A stretch of 64,000 nt of DNA from the human T2T-CHM13v2.0 reference genome, Homo sapiens (GCF_009914755.1 NC_060927.1); one strand, 5' to 3'. Numbered from the stretch's first letter, positions 32,136 to 46,670 are shown. Translations and numbers: made by a program. Notes: generated by a model not told the origin, from the sequence alone.

Positions 32136-32424
32136 AGAAAAATGTACGTAAATGGTATTACCAATGAAAGACAGGTTACTTGAGGAGAGTAGATTGAGTG
32201 TGATTTTTCCACAGATGAAGAGAGAAAGGTATGTAGATATTCACACAGTCTCAAAGTTTGGAGAGAGAGAAAAAGATTGGGAGACAGAATGAGAGAGAGA
32301 AAAAGTGGGCGTGACAATATGTTAACAGATAAGGGGTTTGCTTTTCTTGTCCTTTCCATTTTCCTGTGGATGTAAAAATTTTCAAATGTTTATCTTTAAA
32401 ATAGTTTTTTTCTCTTTAAAAAAA

Positions 32425-32590
32425 GAAGCAGCAGAGGAAGAGGAAGAGGAGGAAGAAGAAGAAGAAAAGAAGGAGGAGGAGGAGGAAGAGGAGGAAGAAG
32501 AAGAAGAAAAGAAGAAGGAGGAGGAGGAGGAAGAGGATGAGGAGGAGGAGGGGGGAGGAGAGGGAGGAGGAGAAGAAAATAGAGAGGAGG
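32425..32590 (+). repeat. (GAG/GAA)n purine-rich simple repeat
   Basis: Near-pure A/G triplet tract. Confidence 0.95.
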
Positions 32591-32716
32591 TCATGCTGCT
32601 TTCTCATATGCATGCATCAGATGATGAACCAATAGTTTGTGTGGCTGAGGTTGCTATTTTGTGTGTGTTGGGAAGTTGGTGTGTAGAATTAGGACACAAG
32701 TACATACACAAACCAT

Positions 32717-32719
<3 letters not shown>

Positions 32720-32756
<37 letters not shown>
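32720..32756 (+). repeat. (CA)n microsatellite
   Basis: About 18 perfect CA units. Confidence 0.97.
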
Positions 32757-32758
<2 letters not shown>

Positions 32759-32853
32759 GTCATTTACATGTATTGAATTACATTTGCAATTCAATTATTC
32801 ATAACATTAAGATTGGATTAAGTGTAGAAAAAAATGTGGGAAGGGAAATTGCA

Positions 32854-33174
32854 TTTTTTTTTCTTTTTTCTTTTTTTTTTTTTTTTTTTTTGGAGACAGG
32901 GTCTTGCTCTGTCTACCAGGCTGGAGTGCAGTAGCACGATCTTGGCTCACTGTAACCTCCACCTCCTGGGTTAAAGCAATTCTCCTGCCTTAGCCTCCCG
33001 AGTAGCTGGGATTGCAGGTGCATGCCACCATGCCCGGCTAATTTTTGTATTTTTAGTAGAGATGGGGTTTCGCCATGTTCGCCAGGCTGGTCTCGAACTC
33101 TTGACCTCAGGTGATCCACCCATTTCAGCCTCCCAAAGTGTTGGGATTACAGGCATGAGCCACCGCACCCATCC
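32854..33174 (-). mobile_element. AluSx/Sz-like Alu
   Basis: Poly-T tail and full dimeric body. Confidence 0.92.
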
Positions 33175-35604
33175 AGTATTCTTGCATGTAATTATAGTTG
33201 AGTGTCTGAAATGGAATAACAGTATAACATCATAAAGTCTTTTCCATCGTATACACCCATAGAAATATAAAGTCTTGGAGCTAAGTGAAAGTTTGGAGAT
33301 TTGTATCACTGGAGAATTAACATCCAAAGACCTCTCTCTTTGGGTAGAATATTATGCTAGTAAATATTCTGGGGTTGGAAATCAAGTAGATTTAAAGAAA
33401 CAAGACAGTATAACCCCTGCTCTTAAGAAACTCGAATTCTCATTGGAAAGGTCTGACACATTGTTTTTATAAAGACTATTTCATTTCCACAAACATCTTT
33501 GAAATTATCCTATTGGAAGATTACCAAAATCCTAGAATAACCCAAACAAAAGAGTTACATTAAATCTCCTTTAGAAGACTAAATTATTGACATTTTGGTC
33601 CCAGTACCCAAGTGTCTGATTAAAATGCTGCAGAGAAACACCGTGAGAAGTTGAAATGTTATTACCTTGAGAAGATCCCCACACTAGAAATGAGACAACT
33701 GAAAAGGGAGGAAAGAATTCTGGGCTGGGAGTCTTCGGAACTTGGCCAGGTCCCATCTCTACAGTATGCTGTATGTGTCAAATGGGGAAAATCAGCCAAC
33801 ATCTCTAAGCCTTAGTTTTCACTACAAAATGTTGTCTATAATAATTCTGATGATTGTTATAAAAATAAAATAGCTTAAATATGCCAAAGCCTTTGTAATC
33901 AGTTCAGCATCCTGAGTATATTAGGTGAGGAGAGTTGAAGATCTTGAGAGTTGATTCCCAGTCACCTGCTCCTTGACCTCTACCTCTCACTTTCTCACCA
34001 GTTCCTACTTCCCTTCACTCAAAGTAGAAGAGCTCATGCTAACTTTCAAATAAGCAGCACTTCATCAAGGAAAGTTCTAGAGGTTGTAAGAGGAGACATG
34101 GACCTACTCTTCCACATCAAACATCACTTTTTTTAAAACGAAGTACAAACATATACCAAATTAAACTGCTTGAACTAGGAAATACTTTGTTCTGACAGGT
34201 TGTAAGGATCATCTTATGCTGTTTACTTTTGGAAAAATCAAGAAAGTGTTTGAAGTGTTTCTTAAATTGATGAAGCATGTTTCTATACACTTTCTGGAAA
34301 AAAAATACACAATACACTTTTCTCCACATTAACTGATTATTTTATGAATGCTCGAATATTAAAGAGAAATGTGGCTCTCTATTTAAATAAATGCTCCTAA
34401 ATCCAAGAATGATAACTAGATAAAAACTATTTAAAAACCCTTCAGACTAGCTGAAAATCAAAGCCATTTGTGTGACATAAGAACATTTTAGGGGACAATC
34501 ATTTTGTGATCCTCTCTGGGAGAATGTTAAATAAATTTGTGTACTTTTTCTCCAGTTTAAAAAAAAAGAAAATTTTAGAAGTGTACTTTTATTCCTCTGA
34601 ATGAGTCAGGATTGTTATGATTGGAAAGGGTGTTGAATTTGTAAACAGTTCACTTGGGTTCGACCAAGGCTTGGCCATTGATTCACTTGGCTTTAAACAA
34701 ATCATTTGATTTTCAGGGCCCCAGTTCTCTCCAGGTAAATTAAATGCATGTGAAGTATTTTTTCAACTGTAGCATTTTATGCACATCATTATTTTAAACT
34801 TTGATTCTAACTCAAATTTCATTCACAATTCTGCATTTTCTAAAACTGGAAAATTGTGAGTTGGTCGTCCAATATAATTATTTGCCACCTACTTGACGGA
34901 AATGGATTTTAACTTCAGAATGAAATGCTTTTATTGCCTAACCCTTGACACAGAGTGCAGTAAAATATCCCATCAGCGTGCCAATGAGCCAAGCACATAC
35001 TGAGTTTATCCCTCAAAAATGCATTATTACTGAATACTAATTTTCATCATTCAATAGAAAATATCATAAATTGAAATTATAAGTAAATGCCTTATTTCAA
35101 ACTGCAAGGTAACTTCTGAAATGACTCCATTAGTGATTTGTACTGACATTTTGCCAGGCTGTGACATAACTGAGCTATTGTGAATTAATTTATCTTCTCT
35201 AAAACTGGTATGTCTCCCAATGCACCTGTCCCAATTACCATGACAGTTTCCTTCTGCTTCAGCCTAATGATACAGCATTCACTGCTCTGCCCCTTCTCTC
35301 TTATCTGTGGACAACTTGAAAGGCTAAAAAACAAAGGACTAGATTCTATATCCAACCTCTCTGAGGCTGTATTTCTTCTTTTCTAAAAGAGAGATTATTA
35401 ATATAAATATCTGTTGTTCATATTAATTCAAATATATATCAGCCGTGTTATTACCTTCTAATATTTTAGCAAGCTATTCACTCAACATTGACTATCTAAA
35501 AAAAAAAACCCATTGACTGTTTCTTTGTATTTCCCTTTTTTCAGCAATTTCTGCCCATGTTCTAAACAGCAAAACAGTCATCCAACACACGGGGTCATTT
35601 GTTA

Positions 35605-37370
35605 AATTCAATTTTATGAAAATATTTATAATCTCTACCATGTGGTCTAAATCCAAGCATTGTACTAAACTCTAGAGATGCAAAGATAAATAAGACACTA
35701 CCTCTATTTTCACGATGTTTCTATTTAGTGAGAGGACCATAGAATGAATAAAAATAACTAAAAGTGTATATATGCACATATGTATATTATTTGTTTATTG
35801 TAAGTGCTACAGAGGCATATCCATACAAAATACTGTGGCAATGCCAAGGAGGGGGCAGTCACTAATTCTTGCTAGGGAGTTCCAAGGAAATTTTGCAACG
35901 AAGGTAACATTTGAAGATTGGAGAAGTTACTGGAGCAGAGAAGGAAAAAGAGGAAACTTATGGCAGAAGAATCAACACAAGTAAAACCAGAGGCCAGCAA
36001 GTGTGTAGAGAATGGGATAGAACAGATTAACCAGAGTGAATGACTGATGGGCAAGACACCAAGAGATGACCTGGATGTTGAATGGCAATACCAAGGCTCT
36101 TAAATGTTATCATATAGAAAATACACAATGAACAAAGTTTTTAACCAGAGTTGCATAATCAAATGTCTGTTTGTTTTGAAATGCTAACTCTGGAGACAAT
36201 ATTATAGATGAACTGGATGTGAATAAACTGGAGATGATGTTTAAAGCAGGAAGAGTAGGGAGATATTCTTTTGGAGACAGATAGAGAGAGAAGATAGATT
36301 TCAGAGACATTTAAGATGTAGACCCCACAGCACATGACCAGATGAGGGTAGAAGTGAAAGTGAGGGAATTAGAAAGAGGGAAATGTCAAAACAATTCCAA
36401 GGTATCTTGGGGAATAGGGGTGAAGGAGCAATGATGATGGGAGAAGAAATGTTGAGATCAACATCAGGCATATAGACTGTGAGGTGTGGTGTCTTCAACA
36501 TAGCAAATTGAAAAGTTTAGTTATTTGTTGGAAAAAATGCAAGTGAAGTCCAAGTAAGAGGTGGATGTTGGGAGATGTTACAAATCTGAGGCTCACTGGT
36601 GTCTAAGGAGCAGCAGAGGTCCTGAAGGTAGATGCAATAGCCTAGGAGAAGTTAGATGGGAAGAAAAGAAGAAGAATGGCAGGGCCTGGGGAATACCTAG
36701 ATGGAAGAGACAGAGAAGGAAGAGAAGAATGCAAAAGAGAATGAGAGCAGTAATTGAAGATGTTGAGGTAGACCTATGAGTCGTCGTGTTAAATGGAGGA
36801 GAGCAGAGCAGACCACAACGTAAAAGAGCAGTGAAGGGCTGTTCCAGGAAGCAGTGGAGAAAATATTTATGGTTGATTATTCCATTACCCAGTAATTTCC
36901 AGAAATACATACCAAAGGGAGAAGTGGAGTGCTGGAGTGATCCAGCCGATTGTAGGGTCTGTACTAACTCCTGGGATGCAGGCCTATCCACAAGCACTAA
37001 GGTGAGTGTAATAGAGCACTCCAACCTAATCAGAGAGAGGGGTGGGGAAAGATCCTCTGAGGAAGTGATGATGTGGCTGAGATTTGATCAGGAAATGAAA
37101 GTTAGCTGAGTGAGAAGGAAATGAAACAACATTACAAAACAGGGATCACCAGGTGCAAATTCTCAAGGGCAGAAGGAACAAGGGCGTGAAAGGGGACAGC
37201 GAGGTGTGGGCTCCGAGCCTGAAGGAAGAGCAAGCATATGAAGCTGGAGTGGTGTCAGGGAACCACACCATGGAGGACCCAGCAGCCAGTGGTAAGGAGA
37301 GGCCATTAAATGGTTTTAGCTAGGGAAGGAGACAGAGTCAGATTTTAAATTTTGAAATGATCTAGTCAAG
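35605..37370 (-). mobile_element. L2 LINE fragments
   Basis: Antisense L2 3' end (aaatatttata…tgtactaaactctagagatgcaaagataaataagaca) followed by purine-rich L2 body. The region 36790-37020 is not clearly L2. Confidence 0.6.
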
Positions 37371-38806
37371 TGGTTTAGTAGGTAAGTGTAGGTGGCTCCA
37401 CAAATATAAAAATATAATTTTTCAAAGATGACTAATCCTAAGAATGATTCATCTTAGGTTTCATGCTAAATGTGCTCCAGATTCACTCTTGCTCAATGAA
37501 AGATAGTATGAAGGATTATTCTCCACCCCTCTAGGGCAGGATAGATCCTTGCTTGGCAAAGAGCAATACCTGTTTGAGATGTGGATGTAAGTCACTGGAA
37601 TTAGAATTGAAAATGTTCTGAAGAACCAAGAACTTATGCCCCTGCTTCTTCAAAATATATACAAACTCCCAAGCTAAGTAAACTAAAACTGGTTAAGGCC
37701 CTTCATAATCTGGCTCTGGCTACCTCAACTTCACTTCTTCCTCCTTTCCCTCTTCACCTTACACTGAAGCCATACTCCCACTTGGAGCTCCCTGCTCACA
37801 TTAGTCTCCCCAGTTTGTGGATCTTTGTCCCTGCCCTTTATTTCTAGCTGGGTGATGCTTATGTAACCATCCTTCAGGTTAGAGTTTAAAAAATGCTTCT
37901 TCCAGAATTCTTTCTGAATCCTCAACACTGACATAAACGAATGCCCTATACTTCCTACATCCATGCACACATTGCTGGTCTCTGTAGGCATGCCAAGTCC
38001 CCTTCCAGATGTCATTCAACTGGCAGCTATGGGGAAGACAGAAAAGTCTGTGGGCCAAGTAGAGGTCTCTATAGGAAAAGAGAAAATGATTGGAAGCCAG
38101 GGAGATCAGAAACAAATCCAGGAGTGAAATCCACTACTCTGTAGCTCAGAGAAATGAAAAGAGATTATTCTGTCCTCATAACCCTCATCTACTTCTTTTA
38201 AAGTACTTAGAGGTAAGAGTAACACAGTGGGAGGTCACCATCAAACCTCTTCCAACAGCCAACAAGAAGATTCACTAGAAATCTTATTCATTCCAACTAA
38301 CTGATTTGCAAAATGGAAGTCCAGTTAATCATGTAACTGAATTTCTTAGGAGATTTAAGGGAGGGTGAAATAATTTACAAAGAAGAGAAAGGGATTTATG
38401 TTTTTAGAAGTTTCAATGAGGATTGACTGAGGATAACAAAGCCTGGAGGGAATAAAATATTGCCTCCCCTCTAATAGATAGAGTGGCATTTTGGGAATGG
38501 CACTGTGATTTCTTCCAACTCTTTGACGTTGATCTGGACTGTTTTTTTCTGTCACCCATCACGGCAACGTGACTGTTTTTGCTTTATTTGCATGCCATGT
38601 CACACAACCACACAAACTGAGAATCAACACTAACACTATTATCATTTTCAGCAAATCCATATAGCCATTTAAAGAAATTAGAACAGATGATGGGGGCAGA
38701 CTATGACGATTCACAGTAATGTGACCAACCAATTTATTGAGAAACAGGGACTGCCAGAGATACTGAAAAAACAGTCCCAGGAGTTGGAGAATTTTACTAA
38801 ACTTAC

Positions 38807-38838
38807 AGACAAGTTCAAACTGCCAAACTCTCCAATGA
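38807..38838 (-). other. Candidate 32-nt exon
   Basis: gctgattttcacatttcag|TCATTGGAGAG...TTGTCT|gtaagt. Two frames are open. Confidence 0.3.
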
Positions 38839-39599
38839 CTGAAATGTGAAAATCAGCGGTTGGTCCGAATGGTATCATTTTTGCCCTGCTCTGGAAATTA
38901 AGCAGCTCTGAACTGATAAAGTCCATAATTTAACACGTAGAGCAAATTGCTAAAGCACTTAACCAGTGAGGTACTAATCTTCCTTTCCTATGTGAACTTG
39001 AGCTGACTCCTGACAGCAAAATCAATTGAAGAGATTTACCCTAGGGATATCTTCTAAAAAGCAGTGTAATCAGGAGATAAGAGAATTGGATGGGTATTGC
39101 GTTATCACAGCCCTCCACCAACCGAGGCACCAGATGCCAAAGGCTTCCCACAGCCTTGAGCCTGGAGCTGCACTCCTCTCAAGCAAATCCCGCTGAACTC
39201 ACGGTACTTGGAGGTCAAGAAATCTTTTCCCATATTGATTTAATCTTGTCACCTGAAACACCTGAGGTCAAGCAAATTCACCACGCTGGTTCCCGGGGGC
39301 AGTTAAGGGATCATAGAAGAAGAATCTGTGCTTTTTTGTGTGTTACAGAATGCCTTGAGCTACCTGCTCAATGTATTTGATGGCTGAAAAATTTGCATGT
39401 GTCATATGGCTTCTTAAAGTGAACTGTCTGCTTTGAACTCACAGGGGTTCTAGAAATCCAATGTATTAATCTTGCAAACTTTTTATTAGAAACAAATAAC
39501 ATTTGTTACTTAAAACAATGAAAAGATAGTTGCGGGCTCATTGCCACTTGTTATGTCTTGAGACCACACCCTGGCCCCCATGTCTATCCACACAACAGA

Positions 39600-39810
39600 G
39601 TATGCAGTGTGGTGTTATAGAAAAGGTAATATATGTAAACATGAATTGCTGCTCTACACCTTGCTAGATATGTAAACTTGGCTCAGTACTCAACCTCCTA
39701 CACTGTTCTCTTACCTGCATCTTATCTCATCTGCCTCCAAGAATTGTTATGGGGATTGAATGAGATAATATAAAGTACCTAGCAAAGGCCGTGGTACAAA
39801 AAAGTATAAA
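39600..39810 (+). mobile_element. MIR SINE
   Basis: 'gaattgttatggggattgaatgagataatataaagtacctagca' matches the MIR 3' part. Confidence 0.6.
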
Positions 39811-40619
39811 CACCATTTTCCTTTATTCTCCCATTAATATTAATGTTTGGTCTGAGTGTTGAATAAATTTAAGTTTCTTGACTAGTATCAGAACATATTT
39901 AGAGTAATATCAGGAAAGGACACTCACCCCTAGAGCTGAAATTCCCATAATTCTCTTTGTACATATTCTTTAACCAACCCATTCATTACACAAATTCTCC
40001 CAAACCTTTGTCTTTAGCTTTGTCTTCTCACATGCCTACTCATCTCTACTTATGTTTGCCACCATACCTCAAACCATTCCACAAGCCAAATGGATTTCAA
40101 AATGAATGTATTTGTGAGGGAAGTTTAATGTAACTGTGAAGATTATGATGTCTAAAGTTAAATTATGACTATACTGTAAGATTATACATATATAAAGACT
40201 ATGGGTTTTCAGTGAAAATTCTATAGCTGGTCAGATGGAATAACTGAGAAAAGGAAGAAATGGAATACTCTTTGGGGTTTATTGAGGGTCTGTTACCAAA
40301 CTCCTGCCAATTAAATGTCAAAGAACCTATCTATCAGGCCACAACCAGAACTTAGAAAGCTACAGGTAATCTGGATACTTGTGCCAAAAAAGGAGCTTTG
40401 AGTTTGAAAGAATAAGTAATATTCTAGGGAGACAGGGTGGCAGTCAGAGGCCACCTGAATATGAATCAGGCAAAAGGCTAGGATGAAAAGAAGGTAGGCA
40501 AGATCTCTATTAAGTTATAAGGCAAGATCTCTATTAAGACCTTTGGGGTTAAAACATACTTATCTGTGGATTGGATTACTGGAAAATTGGCCACTTTGAA
40601 GTCAAGAAAACTGAAAACA

Positions 40620-43400
40620 GCTTCACAGAATGCTAAAAATTCAGGCATGAAAGACAAGTGTTAACTAATCATTCAAAACTTGGATAACTGCTATAATATC
40701 CTTAGAAATGATGCCTCTATTTTGGAACATCTCCAGTGACTTAAAAAAATTCACACATTCCATTTTAGACGGTTCTGACCATTAGAAAATTCTTCTATAT
40801 CTTGAGCCAAAATCTGTCTCTGAAAGTTCTATTACTGGTTACAGCGCTAGCACTCAAGTTTATATAGAAAGTCTAATTTTACATTCACATGGCAGGCCTT
40901 CAAATGTCAGAAGGTGGTTATCACATTCTCATTTTCAGACTATTTATTCCCAGTACTTTTAACAGATTGTTTACATGGCATGGCTTACCCATATTGGTTA
41001 TTCTTTTTTATATCTCTTGGCCACTCAATTTGGCTTTAGCCTTTTAAAGTGGACCACTGGGACAGGAAAGGAACAGAACTATAAACACTCTCTTTCTAGA
41101 CACCTATGTGTATTCATACAACTTCAAGTCACATTTTCTTTTCTTTGAAAGCCTCATTACATCATTGGTCAATTGTATGCTTACTGTCAATTCAAACTTT
41201 CTGTCTCTTAGAGCAAAATTTCTGGATACAAAAAAGGGACCAAATATCCATCCTTATTAAATTTCAGCATAATGAATTCAATTCATTCTCCAGCTAGTAA
41301 AGATTTTTTGTTAATTATTTTATTATTCACAACTTGAATGGGCAGACTTCCTATATTTTCTTTCAAGTCATTGGCAAAAATATCAAAAAACTACAAGGCT
41401 AAAAAAACTTCCTTTCAATTGAACAGGAATCCATGTTTTCAATCAAATATTGGAGTCAAACCTGTATGTCTCCATCTTTTCACAAATTAGGGAGACCTTA
41501 TCAAATTCCTTGATTAAGTTTAGATACATAATATCATTTTGCCTGCATTTCCTTAATAAGTCCAGAAATCCTACCCAAGATAGAAATGAGGTAACTATAG
41601 TATGAATGTATGTCAATCCTTTCCATGTTTCAATCATCATTTTCCACTTTTGGTAAATCACAAATCTGTTTAATAAGTCACTTTTGCTGGTATTGTGGTT
41701 ATGTATGAAAATATTCTTTTTATTTTTTATATGAATACTGACATATGTAGGGGTAAAATTACATAACTGAGATTGTGTTAAAATTACTAACAAAAAGGGG
41801 AGGAGAGTTTCCCATTGATGAACAATAATTATGGCTAAGTATTGACAGAATTGGGCATTTTGTTTGCAGACATCACCCTTCTCTTACAAAATTTTTTGAT
41901 AATTGCTTGACTTTTGTCCCCCACATCTTGCCCAGTCTCCACAATTTCTCTGCAATAACAAATAGCCATTCAATTAATTCATTTGAAATTTCTGAGTAAC
42001 CTAAGATGTCATTCATAAGATTTGAAATCTGAACTGCTAATGCTCCCTCATCTTTTTTGTTTTGAGTTTGCATTCTTCATTTCAATGTTTGCCCCACTCT
42101 TTTTAATATGAAGATCAATTTTAACAAAGATGATACAAGGAAATTTACAGGGTCACTTACAAAACTGTATCTTCTTCCCGGCTGTTGTTACTCTGCCTCT
42201 TCCTCGATCTGTTTCTTGTTCTGAATATAATGAAGAAATCCCATTTTATTGTCAGTGGCACTTTTCACAAACTTGAGTACCCTTCAACTTTATGGACATT
42301 ATTCTTACACATGTGGACCACTCTAGGATTTTTTATCATTAATTTGTACTTTTTAAATCACATATCTCTCAAAACTCTGAGTTCACAATTCCCACTAATT
42401 TTTATTTTTTAAGAGACAGGTTCTTGCTATGTTGCTTAAGCTGGCCTCAGGGGATGGATACTCCCACATCAGCCTCCTGAGTAGCTGGGTGTGCACCACT
42501 GTGCCAGCAAAATTTCCCCCTAATTTTTATGAGATAAATGGTTTACAGTATACAGAATCAAAATGGCATTTCGAACAACTTCCCAAAGCTGTTGACATCT
42601 TCCCTTTAATGTAGAATGCCATGAAATCATGCCTATGTTTTCCTTGATATTTTCTACATTGACCCTCTTGAAGTCTGTAGCACATGGTCAACCATAGCAG
42701 GCTTCCCCTCAATGAATATGATGAATTCTAAAATATTATAGTGACTTTCCCCAAAGCTTCTGTTCCTCTCACTTTGCCAATAAATGTATCCTATATTTCG
42801 GAGTCAGACCAAAAGGAACTGTTTCCCTAATGGCCTATCTTTCAGGAGATTGTTAACAGCTTATCAAAGAATGTCATGAGCTTACACACACTCAAATTTT
42901 TTGCAGGTTGAGATTCTAGGAGATGTCTTAATTGAAATCCCTCAATCATGACTTTGGCCTGGCATAGGGTCATCTTTCAGATCTCTGTCAAAAGTATATC
43001 ATCTCTTTCTTCCTTCTGGCCAGAAAGCTTGGAGAACACTCTCCCAACAATTTCAGATTTCTATTTCTATTTTCCTCAGCTATAATCTCACATCATGAGT
43101 TTCTACACTAGTTTATGGCCCCTTGATACATAAATATAACTATTTCTCTAATTGATTTTCAAAAATGTCTGCCCTCTTTAAAGAGATTCCATCACCATCT
43201 TTTAATTTTGAATCACATCTCAATTAATCTCAATGATAACTGTGAATGTATACAAACCTCTTGCCATAAAGTAAAATCGCTCAATATCTTGTTAATTTCT
43301 AATGTTCTACAGTGGTATATGTGTTGGAGGCTATAATTTTGGCTTTTGGTACCATTACTGATTTTCCATGTAAATCATAAGCATCTCCTACATTCCCTCC
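40620..43400 (-). mobile_element. L3/CR1 LINE fossil (EN-RT region)
   Basis: Minus-strand peptides 'NDIMYLNLIKEFDKVS' (CR1 RT D.IYLDFSKAFDKV) and 'EISNELIEWLFVIAEKLWRLG' (CR1 ELA..LA.PL.IIF..SW..G). Boundaries approximate. Confidence 0.65.
42400..42508 (-). mobile_element. FLAM/FAM-like Alu monomer
   Basis: T-tail, gagacagg…cagcctcctgagtagctggg, and degenerate flanking repeats (ctaattttta). Confidence 0.7.
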
Positions 43401-43937
43401 TACTATTTGCATTCTGCAAAATCATGCTCTACATCAGTGTATTTCATTACTTATCTTCTTCCCCTGTATATTCAGTTTAAATTTCACTCAAATAATTTTG
43501 AACTGTGTTCCTACCCTAGCCAAAATCCTATCATTCTGGGGTCTTAAGTTATAGCTCAAAAATCTAAATTCTATTTCAAATGCAACATCCACTGAACATC
43601 AACATTTTCCTCGTTCATGTATTTTTTCAACAGACATCTGTTGAGAAAACACTTTGTACAATGTGGTCTGGTAAGGATTAGAATAGTAAAAAGAGACAAT
43701 TTCCCCACCCTCTAATGGGTGGATTCAAGTAAGCAAATGTAATTTTAATATGTATCTAAGCTTTCATCCTAAGGCAATAAGTTTACCCAAGTTATTCCGT
43801 TTCTTATAAGACTTCTATACCATTGTTACCACGAATCTTCTCTGATAAACACAGTCAACCTCTCATGAATCAACAAAATGAGATAATGATCAGTGTGATT
43901 TGATAGATTTGTGACAACTCTGTCAGTTCTCACATAC

Positions 43938-43942
43938 CTGTT
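43938..43942 (-). other. Candidate 5-nt microexon
   Basis: ggtgttctgttttcctag|AACAG|gtatgt. Confidence 0.2.
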
Positions 43943-45980
43943 CTAGGAAAACAGAACACCATCCAATTTACTATACTAAATCTACCTAAAACTAACTCCG
44001 TACAGCTAACTCTGTAGCCTGAAAAAGAAGATACAAAACAACATTAAGCATCTCCTTCCTTGACCTTGTAACAGGCTTATCTATATAAACTAGGACTTAG
44101 TAATTGTGCCACTTGATCTGTGGAATATGAGCTGCTACCATTTCTTCATAAGATCCAAATTCCCCTTTTCTGGGAAGGGTCCCATACACATAGTATAACT
44201 CAAGCTAAAGTAATATTCCCTGCTTTCTCCAGTGTCAGAATCTTCCACTTGCTAGTAGTATTTATCTTTCACTCTTTATTAAAACTTTCTTTTGTTCTCC
44301 CTTTAGTCTTTATTTCTTCCCTTCTGACTAGAAATCACTCATCATCTCTAACCGGTTAGAGTTTAGAAAGCCTTGAGCCTCTATGTGTCCTCCTTTGTAG
44401 GAACATCAACTTTTTAAGGGAAGGAAAAATTCTTATTCATCTTGATGCAGTCTCTTATCTAGATGATGTTGACACAGGCCTGAGGCCTGGCAGCTCATAG
44501 GTGACAGGTAAACATCTACTGAGGTGACCTAGGAAGAGAATTGACAGCTCACATAATTGGTCAGAGCCTCTGGCAGGAAGACAAACATCTTGCAGGCTCA
44601 GAAGTGTACACATTGTAGATTTTTATAGGAAATAAAGACCTTCATAGTTTCCCTTAGGAAATATTTCTTAAACTCCTGTAACTCACTGCCTACAGGCTTC
44701 TTTGAATACTGCCTTGAAGGAAGCCAAACATATGTCCCCTTTCCTCTATCTCTGCCATCTTCTCTTCAAAGCTTGGTACTTAATGACTTCAGTCCTCGTC
44801 AGTTCAAACATACTCTAATCTTTTTAAGTAATATTAATTACAAAAAAAAAGTACATCTACAAAACACTTTCTCAGCCACTTCCTTTTTCCTCTTTTCTCT
44901 GTTTGCTCTGGACTTCTCAGAGTCAGTAGGATAGAATGTCTCCCCACAGCTTTAGAAAGACTTTAAACATAATTGACTGCATGGTATTTCTGTAAAAATA
45001 TAAGCAGGGGGTAGGGAATGGATAGGTATATTATTTATGAATAGGTTTAACATGAGCTCTGCAGCTCCTTTTCTTGGTTGTGCACTCATCTGAACCCAGA
45101 TAATGGAGGTGAGGGCCACTAAAGGAAAGATGCTGCCTGGTATACTTTCATTGCAAGGCTGCTTGAAAAATTAGAATACCATGTCAAATACCCATTTCTA
45201 AGAATGCCTTCAGATAGCTCAAACATTGTGCAAATTAGCAAGCAGGGGAAGAATTAGATTAAAATTTAATATTTAGATTCCCCCATGTCCTTTAAACATA
45301 ACAGTAGAGTGGTTCCCCTCTGTTCTATTTGCAGAAAAAGTCATAGACATTTTGCAAACTAAGGCAATTAAGTGAGACAATTCAAAATCCTAAAATTTGC
45401 CCTAGGGAACTTCTCCATTTAAAATGACAGTAGAATCTCCATGTACCTATATAATAAACAGAGTAGAATCTATTGAGAATACTAGAAAGCTTGCAATTTG
45501 CAATGCTTCCAGAAAATCAAAAAAAATAGAAAATCAAGTAAAACTGTTCAGAATCCCCAGTAATAGTCACAAAGCAAAATAAATACCTTAGGTTTCCAGG
45601 TACATATTATGTACCCTTTTTTCATTTTTTATAATATTCCCAAAATGTCATCAAAGTAATTTACTCCATTTGTCATAGGTTACAAGGTTTGACCTATAGC
45701 TTCCAGCAGCATAAACAAAATGCTGCAATATAGAGAAAAATTATTCATAAGACTTTCTCCAGTCATTCCAAATGAATTATCCCTTGATAATCCATTTGAG
45801 GTGGAGGAAATGATCCAAGGGAATGTTCAAGTTACAAAAATGTTCAACATACCAATGGAATAAAAAATTTAGGGTCCCAAAGGAAACCCTGGAAGGAAGG
45901 CACACAAAACAGTAAGGCCGGGTCCTGCATGGATTCCATGAGTGAACAGAAAGGAAAAGGAGACACGATCCCTCTTCCCA

Positions 45981-46352
45981 TCTGATTAGTTTACTAGAGC
46001 TACCATAAAAAAACACCACAGACTGGGTGGCTTAAACAACAGAAATTTATTTTCTCAAAATTCTGGAGGCTAGAAGTCCAAGATCAAAGAGTTGGCAGTA
46101 AGGCCGCTCTTCTTGGCTTATAGATGGCTATCTTCTCACTATGTCCTCACATGGTCTTCTCTGTGTGTCTGTGTCCTAGTCTGCTCTTCTTGTAAAGGTA
46201 CCAGTCATATTGGATTAGGATCCACCCTAGTGACTTTATTTTAACTACCTCTTTAAATACCCTACCCCCAAATATGATCTCATTCTCAGGTACTAAGGGT
46301 TAGGACTTCAACTTGTGAATTTTGGGGAAGACACAATTCAGCCCACGATTAC
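45981..46352 (-). mobile_element. MLT1A/MLT1A0 solo LTR
   Basis: 'accacagactgggtggcttaaacaacagaaatttatt...ggaagacacaattcagccca'. Confidence 0.88.
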
Positions 46353-46549
46353 ATCCTCCAGCAATGAAGAAGGAAAGACAATTATGAAGAAAAATGCCTT
46401 ATAAGGATTTCAGTTGTTTGCTATGGGATTGAGCTAACCAAAGGAATCAGATTTCAATCAGACTCACGTAAATCAGAGATCTCACCAGCATTGTGATTTA
46501 CTGGTAATTTTAAGGATACAAGCAATCAAAAGGAACAAAAGGTGGAATA

Positions 46550-46670
46550 AATATATATTCTCTGTGTATAATATCTCTGTGTGTATATATATGTATATAT
46601 GTATACATATACGTTTTGTGTGTGTGTGTATATATATATATATTACATACACACACACACACACACACAC
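46550..46670. repeat. Compound (TA)n/(TG)n/(CA)n microsatellite
   Basis: Visible directly in the sequence. Confidence 0.9.

Noticed and set aside
32338-32934. 198-aa Glu-rich ORF
   Set aside because: It is a translation of (GAG/GAA)n, (CA)n and an Alu tail, with no real start or gene structure.
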